Source: a virus
IMG/VR virus record: IMGVR_UViG_3300032287_001394
Reading direction: 5' to 3' (one strand)
Length of the DNA stretch: 64,000 bases
Under the pieces are notes generated by a model that did not search any database, was not told where the DNA came from, and was given only the letters and a program-made list of their open reading frames with translations. The translations under genes and the position numbers were made by a program. Of the stretch, positions 46,524-56,016 are shown piece by piece; the first letter of the stretch is position 1, and every line of letters begins with the position of its first letter.

Positions 46524-47532
46524 GACATGTAACTTAAATTGTCGCCATTGTTTTACTAATGGTATAAATGGTGCAAAGGTATATTGGGATCATAATAAAG
46601 TAATAGATTGGATTCATAGATTTTCCAATTATGCATCTAAAAGTGATACATTACATTGTGAATTTCATGGAGGTGAACCATTCTTAGTGCCAGTATCCCA
46701 GATGTATGAGGTATGGGATAAGTGCAAGGCTTTGTTTACTAATTCCAGTTGGGGTGCAACAACCAATTTGGTATTTAAATTATATCAAGAACATATAGAT
46801 TTAATAAAAGGTCCATTTAACGGTAGAATTGGAACTTCATGGGATCCAAAGATAAGGTTTGATAATAAGAAACAAATAGATCTTTGGCGCAATAATGTAA
46901 AGACACTGTTGTCTGAAGGCATAACAGTAAGATTGTTTATAAGTGTCACAAAAGATACTATAGCTATAGACCCAATAGTTTTATTAAGATGGATAAGAAG
47001 ATTGGGAGTTCAAGAGGTATCATTTGAACGATTGACTAATAACGGAAGCGCTAAGAAGTTTCCAGAGATATTTCCATTTAATAAAGATCAAGATGCATGG
47101 TTTTTAAAAATGCACCAACAATCTGAAAAATATGGTGCCAGACATTGGTTTGAGAATGATTTTTTAGAAACAATTTATTCTAAGTTTGAAACTGGTTTTA
47201 CTAAAGGTGGTACATTTTGTAGGGATTGTGAAGAAAAGATTTTCACATTAAATGCTGATGGAACCATTTCAGGTTGTCCAAATTCAGCACCAGAATTTCA
47301 ATTTGGCCACATAGATGACGATATAAATAACCTTATAAATAGTCCTATACGCCTAGAAAATATGGCGTGTGAGAGGTCTAGAAACCCATTATGTTATTCT
47401 TGTGATGTGTTTCAATATTGCGGTGGTGATTGTCACCAGTTATCTTGGCAAGATGAGATATGCGGGGCTCCCAAAAGTTTAATGAGAGAGCTTTCTAAGA
47501 AAAAGAAGATATTTTCTATAATACATGTATAG
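46492..47532 (+). CDS. Radical SAM/SPASM enzyme 1
   Basis: CNLNCRHC, FHGGEP; C-terminal CRDC...GTISGC...CYSC...CGGDC...C. Confidence 0.92.
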   Translation: MNWMFYLKTTETCNLNCRHCFTNGINGAKVYWDHNKVIDWIHRFSNYASKSDTLHCEFHGGEPFLVPVSQMYEVWDKCKALFTNSSWGATTNLVFKLYQEHIDLIKGPFNGRIGTSWDPKIRFDNKKQIDLWRNNVKTLLSEGITVRLFISVTKDTIAIDPIVLLRWIRRLGVQEVSFERLTNNGSAKKFPEIFPFNKDQDAWFLKMHQQSEKYGARHWFENDFLETIYSKFETGFTKGGTFCRDCEEKIFTLNADGTISGCPNSAPEFQFGHIDDDINNLINSPIRLENMACERSRNPLCYSCDVFQYCGGDCHQLSWQDEICGAPKSLMRELSKKKKIFSIIHV

Positions 47533-47550
47533 ATAGATAAAGAGGATTTT

Positions 47551-48078
47551 ATGGCAACAGTTGGCACCGTAGTAACAAAACAGAATATCATTGATGATTT
47601 TGTTAGTGCTGTAATGGTCCCAGAACAAACTAGGACCAGATGGCACGCAACTAATAGACCTACGTATATTGCAGACGTATTAGTTGACGCGAGTGTTGGT
47701 ATGGCCAATCCTATCGCATCAAACTTTACAGAAGCAATTACAGCAAGTAACATTGTGTCAGTGCTTAGAGACTATGCTTATGGTACTACGAGAGTAAGAT
47801 TAGTTAGAGCTGGAATTTACTACGAATTTCCGGCTGGTCCTGGTACAATAGATGAACAAGTTGCTTACGCTCACTTAAATGATACCTATTTAAGAACAAA
47901 TCCATTAAGTGTTTCAGGTCCAGTTGTTAATGATATCATTACTGCAGATCCATTAAATACCTTTTATACTTCATTAAGATTAGCATCTAACACAGATACT
48001 TACGGAGATATCATAGATCTTCGAATTTGCCACTCATCATGTCATTCAGCATGTCATAGTTCTAGAGGAAGAAGATAA
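47551..48078 (+). CDS. Putative modification substrate with C-terminal CHSSCHSACHSSRGRR
   Basis: AGAGGA SD; Cys-free 159-aa body followed by a triple CHSx repeat; lies among radical SAM genes. Confidence 0.7.
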   Translation: MATVGTVVTKQNIIDDFVSAVMVPEQTRTRWHATNRPTYIADVLVDASVGMANPIASNFTEAITASNIVSVLRDYAYGTTRVRLVRAGIYYEFPAGPGTIDEQVAYAHLNDTYLRTNPLSVSGPVVNDIITADPLNTFYTSLRLASNTDTYGDIIDLRICHSSCHSACHSSRGRR

Positions 48079-49124
48079 TGTTTCATTTATTTAACTCAGT
48101 TTATTTACATTTTGATTTTAATTTTGAACCGGCTGGAAAAGACTTTATATTAGCATCAGATATTTATGGCAACAAGCCAATGATAACGGTGCAAAATAAT
48201 GAAGTTTATCAATCTCAACCATCATTTGAAGATTTAATTAAGTATCCATTTAACGGTGACGAAGAAAATTTCTGGACTAATTTAATTGCTCGTAATAAGA
48301 AAGTTGTGGTATATGTTAATCCATCTCAACTTTATAAGTTGCAAACTAAGTATTTAAAGAGCATCTTTAAACATGCATCTATTCAAGATTTACATAGAAT
48401 TCATGTCTCATTTGTTGAAAGTACTAGATTAAGATCTTACTTTGAAGCTTCCACTGGGCCAGATATACGTAAACATAAAACACTTACTACTATTAATCCA
48501 TTATCATTAGAACAATTTGAAGAATTATATAATTCAACAGAAGTTTCTAAAGCCTTACAGAGCTTAGATAAAACCACATTATCATTCGAATATCTTTTAG
48601 CTGATTATGTTTATAACAAAAATAGCCAATATAAATCAGCCCTATTAGCTAAAAGTGAGGTAATGATTTGGGATAATTGGTTCAATGAACTTGAATATTT
48701 ACGTTATGAAACTATATTTGGTTCATTAGATCTTAATAAATTAGACCCTAATATTGAATTAGGTATTGGTACAATTGAAGAAGCACTTGCACAAAGTGAA
48801 TTACTAAAGTGGATTGTTGATCCAGACTTTGCATATAACAGAGAATATATTAAAACTAATTATGATTATAAAACATTTAGTTCACTGTGGGATAAAATTT
48901 ATAGTTTATATGGCGTGTCTGAAGATATGTCAGAGACAAATGAATTAATTAATACCGACATGTATGAAGAATTATTAAATCGTGATATTAATCGCGGATT
49001 TGGTTGCACTTATACAGGTGAAATGTTTAAAGAAAAAGCCAATCACGTGTTTGCATCATATTGCTATAATATTGCACGCACAAATGATACATCATCGCTA
49101 GCTCCATATAGATTGACTTCTTAA
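48078..49124 (+). CDS. Hypothetical protein (radical SAM cluster)
   Basis: 348-aa ORF coupled by TAATG to the substrate candidate. Confidence 0.7.
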   Translation: MFHLFNSVYLHFDFNFEPAGKDFILASDIYGNKPMITVQNNEVYQSQPSFEDLIKYPFNGDEENFWTNLIARNKKVVVYVNPSQLYKLQTKYLKSIFKHASIQDLHRIHVSFVESTRLRSYFEASTGPDIRKHKTLTTINPLSLEQFEELYNSTEVSKALQSLDKTTLSFEYLLADYVYNKNSQYKSALLAKSEVMIWDNWFNELEYLRYETIFGSLDLNKLDPNIELGIGTIEEALAQSELLKWIVDPDFAYNREYIKTNYDYKTFSSLWDKIYSLYGVSEDMSETNELINTDMYEELLNRDINRGFGCTYTGEMFKEKANHVFASYCYNIARTNDTSSLAPYRLTS

Positions 49125-49152
49125 TATTATTAGGTGAAGTGTTTATTATACT

Positions 49153-50277
49153 ATGAATATATTTAGTAATGAATTTAATGTTATTTATTTAAGAGTCGTA
49201 CAAGGGTGCAATTTAAACTGCACTCATTGTTTTACTCTTGGTAATAAAGATCCTTATATGGTTACTGACCTTAACTATATTGAGGATTTTTTGTCATCTA
49301 TAAAAGATAACGTCGACCCTCAAAAAGCTACATTTTATATACATGGTGGAGAAACTTTTCTTGCGCCATATTCACATTTAGCTGACGTTAATAAAATAAT
49401 CAGATCTAAGTTTGGTACTAAGAGGATAGACATAATTCCTCAAACAAATCTATTGTATACTATAGATGATGAGTTTATTAATTTTGTAAAGACCGAGTAC
49501 CGATCAACCATTGGTGTTTCTTGGGATGCTGACATTAGGTTTGGATCTATTGCAATTAATAAGAAGACTGATCAAGAAAACCTATTCTTTAGCAATTTAA
49601 AACAACTTCTTGCCAATGATATAAAAGTTCATATAGCAATTACTGCTCAAAAGCATTTGTTAAACTACGATCCTCTTGAGATTGTAAAAATGTTTGATGG
49701 AGTTGATTCAATTGACTTTGAATTATTAACTACATTTGATGAGAAAACTAGAAACTTAAAACCTAATAATAAAAAATGGGCTATATGGTTAGAGAAGTTA
49801 GTAGATTATTATCAGTATAATAAAACTACTTGGTGCTTACCACAAATAGATCTTTTTACAAAGGCGTTAATTACAGGTAATTTATTCGACTGTAAGTGTA
49901 ATTGTTGTGATAAACGCACTTTTACTTTAAATCCAAATGGTACTGTTGGGTTATGTCCAGATAAAACTTATGTTGAACCATTTTCAACTACTACTGAAAT
50001 GAAACAAGATTGGGCTACATTCCAAAATAAATCACTCGATGTAATAATGAAAAAGTTAGTTGAAATGGATCAACATACTATGTGTTTTGAATGTGAACAT
50101 TATGACATATGTGGCGGTAATTGTGATGCAAGTTTGTTTGATGATTCCGATGAATGTCCATTATCTAAAAGTGTTATAAGTAAGATTAGAAATAATAAAG
50201 AAGTTTTTATAAAACTGTATGAAGATAAAGCTAAAAACAATTTAACTGAATTAAGGAATGATTATGACATACATTGA
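49153..50277 (+). CDS. Radical SAM/SPASM enzyme 2
   Basis: CNLNCTHC, IHGGET; CKCNCC...GTVGLC...CFEC...CGGNC...C. Confidence 0.92.
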   Translation: MNIFSNEFNVIYLRVVQGCNLNCTHCFTLGNKDPYMVTDLNYIEDFLSSIKDNVDPQKATFYIHGGETFLAPYSHLADVNKIIRSKFGTKRIDIIPQTNLLYTIDDEFINFVKTEYRSTIGVSWDADIRFGSIAINKKTDQENLFFSNLKQLLANDIKVHIAITAQKHLLNYDPLEIVKMFDGVDSIDFELLTTFDEKTRNLKPNNKKWAIWLEKLVDYYQYNKTTWCLPQIDLFTKALITGNLFDCKCNCCDKRTFTLNPNGTVGLCPDKTYVEPFSTTTEMKQDWATFQNKSLDVIMKKLVEMDQHTMCFECEHYDICGGNCDASLFDDSDECPLSKSVISKIRNNKEVFIKLYEDKAKNNLTELRNDYDIH

Positions 50278-50980
50278 TACAATTGCCCCTATTCCAATTG
50301 ACTGTATTAAAGAATATTTTAAAGATAAAAATATAATGTTTTTAATTGACTATGAAAATAGTAAACTTGAAAACAAAGTCTTTTTGACGTATTTGTCAAA
50401 CCTTGACGTTCCTTGTGACATTAAATTAGATTCTTTAAGCACAGAAAAGAAGTTGGCTTTATTAGAAGCATATTTAAATATTAAAAATATTACCAATGTT
50501 CCTGCTTTGAACATCATGATGGCGCAAATCATTTTACATATGATTGGATCAGATCCATCAATGTTGTTTAAAACACTATCTCTTACACCTGAAGAGTGCG
50601 ATACATTCATAGAAAAAAATAAATTAGAGATTGAAAGATGGTTGATCTTCTTAGATTCAACTATGGTTTTCTTAATCTATTCTTATAAAGATTTAAATGA
50701 GAAAATTAAAGTAGAAGAAACTTTCCCTATCATTGACGATGAAAACTTTGTTGGTTTAAACGTTATTAATCTATTAAAGATTCCTGCATTCTTAGAACTT
50801 TACTTTGCCGCAGATAAACCAGTAGCACTATACTACTTTAAACGTCACTTTGAAGTATACATGTTTAAGGGCAAATCATTCTTTGAGTATTATAATAACG
50901 AGTGTAATGCATTCATTCCATTACTTAAACAATTAATTTCAAAAGAATTACCATTAACTCCTCCAAATTTCGAGGTTTAA
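50264..50980 (+). CDS. Hypothetical protein (radical SAM cluster)
   Basis: ORF overlapping the upstream stop; no recognised motif. Confidence 0.7.
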   Translation: MTYIDTIAPIPIDCIKEYFKDKNIMFLIDYENSKLENKVFLTYLSNLDVPCDIKLDSLSTEKKLALLEAYLNIKNITNVPALNIMMAQIILHMIGSDPSMLFKTLSLTPEECDTFIEKNKLEIERWLIFLDSTMVFLIYSYKDLNEKIKVEETFPIIDDENFVGLNVINLLKIPAFLELYFAADKPVALYYFKRHFEVYMFKGKSFFEYYNNECNAFIPLLKQLISKELPLTPPNFEV

Positions 50981-50981
50981 T

Positions 50982-52085
50982 ATGGATGCATATTTAACTT
51001 CAGGTAATCTGAACGAATCTAATTCTTATTATTTCAACCTTAATTTTGAATTTTTAAATGGATGTCAATTTAGTTGTAAAGGTTGTCATGTAAACAAGAA
51101 TGGTTCTGCGCCTATTAATGATGAAAGTTATCTTCAGCTTATGAAGATTATGAATTCATTTACACCTGAAAATTCATATAAACCATTCATTGCCTTTATT
51201 GCTCCAACAGATTTTCTATCTGCAACTAATACGTATTCAGTTTTAACAGATAAACGTATTATTGAAATCCTTAATAAGTTTAAAAGAATATCTCTCCAAA
51301 CTACGTATCTTAATATGGATAAGGCGAGTCTTATTGCTGATGTATTAAAAGAACACTATAGTAATATGGAATTAGAAATCAATGTTATCATAGAACCAGA
51401 AAAGATTGAGAATGAAAAGTATTTAAGCATTCTTAAAAAACATCAAGATAAAATGATTGATCTTTTAGATTGGCCTATACCAGTAAGATCATTTGGTATT
51501 ATGAATGTATTTGATTATGATTCTACTAAACTTGCAGAGATATTAAAAGATTACGACCATTTACATAAGAAAGTTCAACATCTATTTCAAACTACTATTG
51601 ATTTTAATTTTTCTTTAGGTAGAAAAGACGAAAACTTAACACACGAAGAATTTAAAAGTGCGACCAATAGAATTAAAACTATGTTCAATAGTTCTGTTGT
51701 TTCTGGTGAGAAAAGCGGCTACCTTAGATTTTCATTTGGTAAACTAAATGATTCTCTAATTGAACGACAATATAACTGGAAGAACGGCGAGTTTTATTAT
51801 TCACCTCTCCTTTATGAACGATATGTTTCTTTTATTGATGGATTAAAAATGAACATAGAAGACTATAGTGCAAAAGAATTTGAAAAGTTTGAAGAAGACG
51901 TTCAATTACAGCAATACCTGAATGTATCGAATAAAACTGAATGTGAAGATTGCATTATGTTAGGATCTTGTGTTGATCGTGGTATCTTACATCTAATGGA
52001 TGTTCATGGAGTTAAAGATTGTTTAGTTGCTAAAGATGCAATGCTAACAGTCAATAATCTAAAAATTTCAGGCCATCCTGCATGA
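50982..52085 (+). CDS. Radical SAM-like enzyme 3 (divergent)
   Basis: CQFSCKGC; no clear GGE motif; C-terminal CEDC..LGSC...C. Confidence 0.75.
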   Translation: MDAYLTSGNLNESNSYYFNLNFEFLNGCQFSCKGCHVNKNGSAPINDESYLQLMKIMNSFTPENSYKPFIAFIAPTDFLSATNTYSVLTDKRIIEILNKFKRISLQTTYLNMDKASLIADVLKEHYSNMELEINVIIEPEKIENEKYLSILKKHQDKMIDLLDWPIPVRSFGIMNVFDYDSTKLAEILKDYDHLHKKVQHLFQTTIDFNFSLGRKDENLTHEEFKSATNRIKTMFNSSVVSGEKSGYLRFSFGKLNDSLIERQYNWKNGEFYYSPLLYERYVSFIDGLKMNIEDYSAKEFEKFEEDVQLQQYLNVSNKTECEDCIMLGSCVDRGILHLMDVHGVKDCLVAKDAMLTVNNLKISGHPA

Positions 52086-53143
52086 GTGAATTCTTAAGAC
52101 ATGTTTTAAAAGATAAAATGCCAGACTCAACTGAGATTGAGCTGCATCTATTTGAGTTCTGTAACTTAAGCTGTGCTTTCTGTGGACAAGATCACGACTC
52201 TACAGAAGGTATGAACACTATTGAGGAAAAAGCTTTACAAGTTACAGACTTTATGAAAAAGTCTAATATGAATAGCCATATCGTTAATATTATGGGTGGG
52301 GAAATATTCAATGATTTAGTACCAGACGATACGTTTGAAAGCTATATAAAATTTTATAACATTATCAATTCTTGGTGTGACGACAATAATCATACAGTAA
52401 GATTTAATTGGGTTACTAACTTAATATTCTTAAAAATACAACGTATAAAAGACTTCATTAATACATTAAGAGCTATTAAACCTAATTCATATATTTCAAC
52501 TTCATATGACTTTGCTGGTCGCGGATTGAATTTAAATCGAACGTTACAATTTGAACACAACATTAAAAGCTTTAAAGATATTATTACAGTAGTTGGATTT
52601 GTATTAACTAAACAAGCAATTAAAAGGATACTAACTAAGACTGACAAATTCTTTAAAGATTATCTTTATGAGAACTATACCCTATACTTTGATTATTATG
52701 TTCCAGAAGCAAATGCAGAAAAAATGATGCCAACTGAGCACGAAATGTTGGATTGCATGTTATTCATTGCTAAGAATTACCCTGAGATTTATCCAATAAA
52801 AGATCTTATTGTTAATGAACGAAATAAGATGACTTGTTATTCCATGAATAAGACGACAATCCTTCCAAGCGGAAGAGAAGTCACATGTCGTTACATGGAT
52901 TATGATCCTATCACTTTCATAAATAAGATTGACTATAAATCAAACAGTAATATTATCCAATCGCATTTAGATAGAAACCAATGTTTATCATGTAAATGGT
53001 TTGATCGTTGTCAGTTTAGATGTTTTGTTCAAGCCGATTGGGCAAAACTAGAAAGAACACACGACTGTCTATTTAGAGAGTTCTTCAATAGAATGGAAAG
53101 TGAGAATCTATTACAATATGGATCTAATAATAAAACCGACTGA
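52082..53143 (+). CDS. Radical SAM enzyme 4
   Basis: CNLSCAFC, IMGGE; C-terminal CLSCKWFDRCQFRC...C. Confidence 0.88.
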   Translation: MSEFLRHVLKDKMPDSTEIELHLFEFCNLSCAFCGQDHDSTEGMNTIEEKALQVTDFMKKSNMNSHIVNIMGGEIFNDLVPDDTFESYIKFYNIINSWCDDNNHTVRFNWVTNLIFLKIQRIKDFINTLRAIKPNSYISTSYDFAGRGLNLNRTLQFEHNIKSFKDIITVVGFVLTKQAIKRILTKTDKFFKDYLYENYTLYFDYYVPEANAEKMMPTEHEMLDCMLFIAKNYPEIYPIKDLIVNERNKMTCYSMNKTTILPSGREVTCRYMDYDPITFINKIDYKSNSNIIQSHLDRNQCLSCKWFDRCQFRCFVQADWAKLERTHDCLFREFFNRMESENLLQYGSNNKTD

Positions 53144-54191
53144 GAAGTGCAACTTTAAATGCACATTCTGTTCTAGTACATATATCACTGAAGATAAAAC
53201 TGCCGAGTTAGATCATCAGTATATCTTTGACTTCTTAAAGAGGTTCCCGGAAACTAAGACAATTATAGTCAATGGTGGCGATCCATTGATGATGGAACCT
53301 GAATACTATTGGAAGATTATAGAACATTTAGATGAAATAGGTTCTGATGCTACCATATCATTTACTACTAACTTATGGCCGTTCTATAAGAATCCTAATA
53401 GATGGAAAGAGCTCTTTAATCATTCAAGATTAGGTATAACTACATCATTCCAATATGGAGGAGGTAGGCTTAAAGGCGACTTGACAGAGTTTAGTGAAGA
53501 AGACTTTTGGAAGTGTTCAGATGCTATGTTAGAGCATTGTGGATATAGACCAGACTTTATTGCAGTTATTACTGAAGAGAATGAGCATGACGCTATAAAA
53601 AACGTCGAATTAGCTAAGAAGATGGGTGTAGAGTGTAAACTTAATTATGCATTCTCATCAGGACCGCCAGTCAAGTTTAAGAATATAATCATGGGTCAAG
53701 AAGGTAAGCCATACTTGTTAGCGGACATATATGAGATATATGTTGAGATATGGAAAAGAGGTTTGACTGAATGGGAATATAATACTAAACAAATGGTTAA
53801 ACGTCTAAAGGGTGAAGGTACTACATGTCCACAGAATAGGGATTGTGATAGCGGCATTAGGACTTTACAACCATCTGGAGACTACTACTCTTGTGGTGCA
53901 TTTGGAGATGATAGACAGTATCCAATAGACTTTAACAAAGAAATGACTGGTGAAAAGATACATCCTATTAAGTTTCAATCTGAACTGCAGAGTTTAAAAC
54001 AATCATGCTATATTTGTCCTATGTTTGAAATATGTAATGGATGTAAGAAGACTATAACAGACCTTAAGAATTATAACTTAGTTGAAGAGCATTGTTATAA
54101 GATGAAGCAACTTGCTCCTGATATAATCAAAGCCAATGGATTAAATTTAGAACCCACTCCGTATGAGAGGGAATATGATTATATCAATTAA
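53118..54191 (+). CDS. Radical SAM/SPASM enzyme 5
   Basis: IIKPTEKCNFKCTFC, NGGDP; CPQNRDC...GDYYSC...CYIC...CNGC...C. Confidence 0.92.
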   Translation: MDLIIKPTEKCNFKCTFCSSTYITEDKTAELDHQYIFDFLKRFPETKTIIVNGGDPLMMEPEYYWKIIEHLDEIGSDATISFTTNLWPFYKNPNRWKELFNHSRLGITTSFQYGGGRLKGDLTEFSEEDFWKCSDAMLEHCGYRPDFIAVITEENEHDAIKNVELAKKMGVECKLNYAFSSGPPVKFKNIIMGQEGKPYLLADIYEIYVEIWKRGLTEWEYNTKQMVKRLKGEGTTCPQNRDCDSGIRTLQPSGDYYSCGAFGDDRQYPIDFNKEMTGEKIHPIKFQSELQSLKQSCYICPMFEICNGCKKTITDLKNYNLVEEHCYKMKQLAPDIIKANGLNLEPTPYEREYDYIN

Positions 54192-55113
54192 TCCATGGTA
54201 TTATTGTAACTTTAAGTGTGACTTCTGTTACTTAACTAAAGAACAATTAGACGACAAGACTCTATTAGATTTAAGAGTATTAGAAAAAAGACTTGATGAA
54301 GTCATGTCTATTGATGAGATTGGTGGGATAGATTTATATGGCGGTGAAATAGGATTACTACCTGAAGATTATGTAGAAGAATTATGTGCTATAGTTAAAT
54401 CGCGAGGCATTGATGATATAAACATAATCACTAATCTAAGTATGGTCAATAGAGTTATAACCAACCCAGATTTATATGTATCTGTTAGCTATGACTTTGA
54501 ATGTAGAGAACAACATGATCGTGTATGGGACAATATGTTTGCTCTTAATAATCCATTTTCTATATTAATCTTAGCCAGTAAAGATCTAATAAATAAAGAT
54601 GTAGGTGAGATGATATCTCAGTTAAACCTATTAAGTAACTTAAGTTCTGTAGAGATTAAACCGTATAGCATAAATCAAGCAAATTGCCACTCGGTCAGCC
54701 ATAAAGACTTTGAGTTATTTGTACAAAAATGGTTGGATAATGATATACAAATGAGGTTTGAGTTTGTCAATGAAAACAATATTCAAGCGACTTTGGATGG
54801 GTCTCGTAATGCATTCAGTAATGACCATGTGTATATTACTCCAACTGGACAATTTGCAGTCCTTGAGTTTGACCTAAATGATAAAGAATACTTTAAGACT
54901 TTGGACTCAATACAAGATTATAAAGATTGGGCATTAAATGAACCTAATAAGAACGTAAGTGATATATGTAAGTCATGTGACTATTATGGTAGATGTTTAA
55001 CAGAGCATTATCGATATGTTAAAGATTTGGATAATGGATGTAATGGATATAAAGGACTAATTGATTGGTATAAACATGGAAGATTGGAAGATAAGACAAG
55101 AGCTCTATCATAG
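54175..55113 (+). CDS. Radical SAM enzyme 6
   Basis: CNFKCDFC, LYGGE; C-terminal CKSCDYYGRC...GC. Confidence 0.88.
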   Translation: MIISINPWYYCNFKCDFCYLTKEQLDDKTLLDLRVLEKRLDEVMSIDEIGGIDLYGGEIGLLPEDYVEELCAIVKSRGIDDINIITNLSMVNRVITNPDLYVSVSYDFECREQHDRVWDNMFALNNPFSILILASKDLINKDVGEMISQLNLLSNLSSVEIKPYSINQANCHSVSHKDFELFVQKWLDNDIQMRFEFVNENNIQATLDGSRNAFSNDHVYITPTGQFAVLEFDLNDKEYFKTLDSIQDYKDWALNEPNKNVSDICKSCDYYGRCLTEHYRYVKDLDNGCNGYKGLIDWYKHGRLEDKTRALS

Positions 55114-55480
55114 ACTAAACACTGTCCATGATGATGACTTAAATGATAAGAATATAGAGATCACTGACAATATAGTGGCGGATGCTGTTAGGTATTTTAC
55201 CGAAAAAGACATAGGATGGATCTATCCATCTAAAAGTTATATGGTTGCTATATGTTATGCTAAATGGCTTTCTGAAGAGTTTGGCGGCAATCCTATAGAC
55301 TATTTAAATGATATAGATTTACTATTTGGCAATGACCCATATTTCATAATATATGATGAAGATGCTGTTACATATAACCAGATATTAGACCGTATAGGCG
55401 AATGGAAGTTTGATCAAACTAAAGGAATGGTTCCTGATGTTAAGAAGTATTTTATAGAGGAATTTATGATAGATGTTTAA
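55076..55480 (+). CDS. Hypothetical protein (end of radical SAM cluster)
   Basis: ORF overlapping enzyme 6. Confidence 0.65.
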   Translation: MEDWKIRQELYHRLNTVHDDDLNDKNIEITDNIVADAVRYFTEKDIGWIYPSKSYMVAICYAKWLSEEFGGNPIDYLNDIDLLFGNDPYFIIYDEDAVTYNQILDRIGEWKFDQTKGMVPDVKKYFIEEFMIDV

Positions 55481-55535
55481 GACTTTTACACCCCGGTCTA
55501 TAGAACCTAACTCAATCCTATTATAAATAATAGAT

Positions 55536-55676
55536 ATGGCAGCTATAACAAATTTCTACATAGACACTGGATCCACTTTTGGGGCAGTAATTACAGTCAA
55601 AGGATCTGACGGTCTACCGTTAAACTTGACTGGATTCACAGTAACATCATATATGGACTTTAATTATTATAAATAG
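55536..55676 (+). pseudogene. Truncated paralogue of the 55680 gene
   Basis: MAAITNFYIDTGSTFGAVITVKGSDGLPLNLTGFTV matches the N-terminus of the next gene, then diverges and stops; has its own TATAAATA at 55522-55529. Confidence 0.8.
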
Positions 55677-55679
55677 TAA

Positions 55680-56015
55680 ATGGCTGCGATAACAAATTTA
55701 TATGTAGACGCTGGATCAACTTTTAGCGCTATTATTTCGTGTAAAGGATCAGATGGGGTTCCATTAAACCTTACAGGATATACAGTTGCAGCACAGATTA
55801 GAAAATCTTATGCGTCAACAACAGCTTATAGTTTGAATGCTACCATATATTCAACTACAGCAGGTAAAATAAGAATAGCACTTTCACACACCGAGTCATC
55901 AGCTATAAAAGCTGGAAGATATATGTATGATATTGAGATAACTTCTGGATCAGGAGAGAGAAAAAGGGTGTCTGAAGGTATAGTAATAGTAACACCAGAG
56001 ATTACAAAGATTTAA
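55680..56015 (+). CDS. Virion-associated protein (BppU-N-like adaptor)
   Basis: PLNLTGYTVAAQIRKSY...GRYMYDIEI...EGIVIVTP; TATAAATA at 55668-55675. Confidence 0.7.
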   Translation: MAAITNLYVDAGSTFSAIISCKGSDGVPLNLTGYTVAAQIRKSYASTTAYSLNATIYSTTAGKIRIALSHTESSAIKAGRYMYDIEITSGSGERKRVSEGIVIVTPEITKI

Positions 56016-56016
56016 T

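Noticed and set aside
46492-55113. Radical SAM genes as a queuosine/7-deazaguanine or anaerobic RNR-activating pathway
   Set aside because: No folE, queC, queD, dpdA or nrdD neighbours are present. The enzymes have Cys-rich SPASM-like tails and sit in the late structural region. Not fully excluded without searches.
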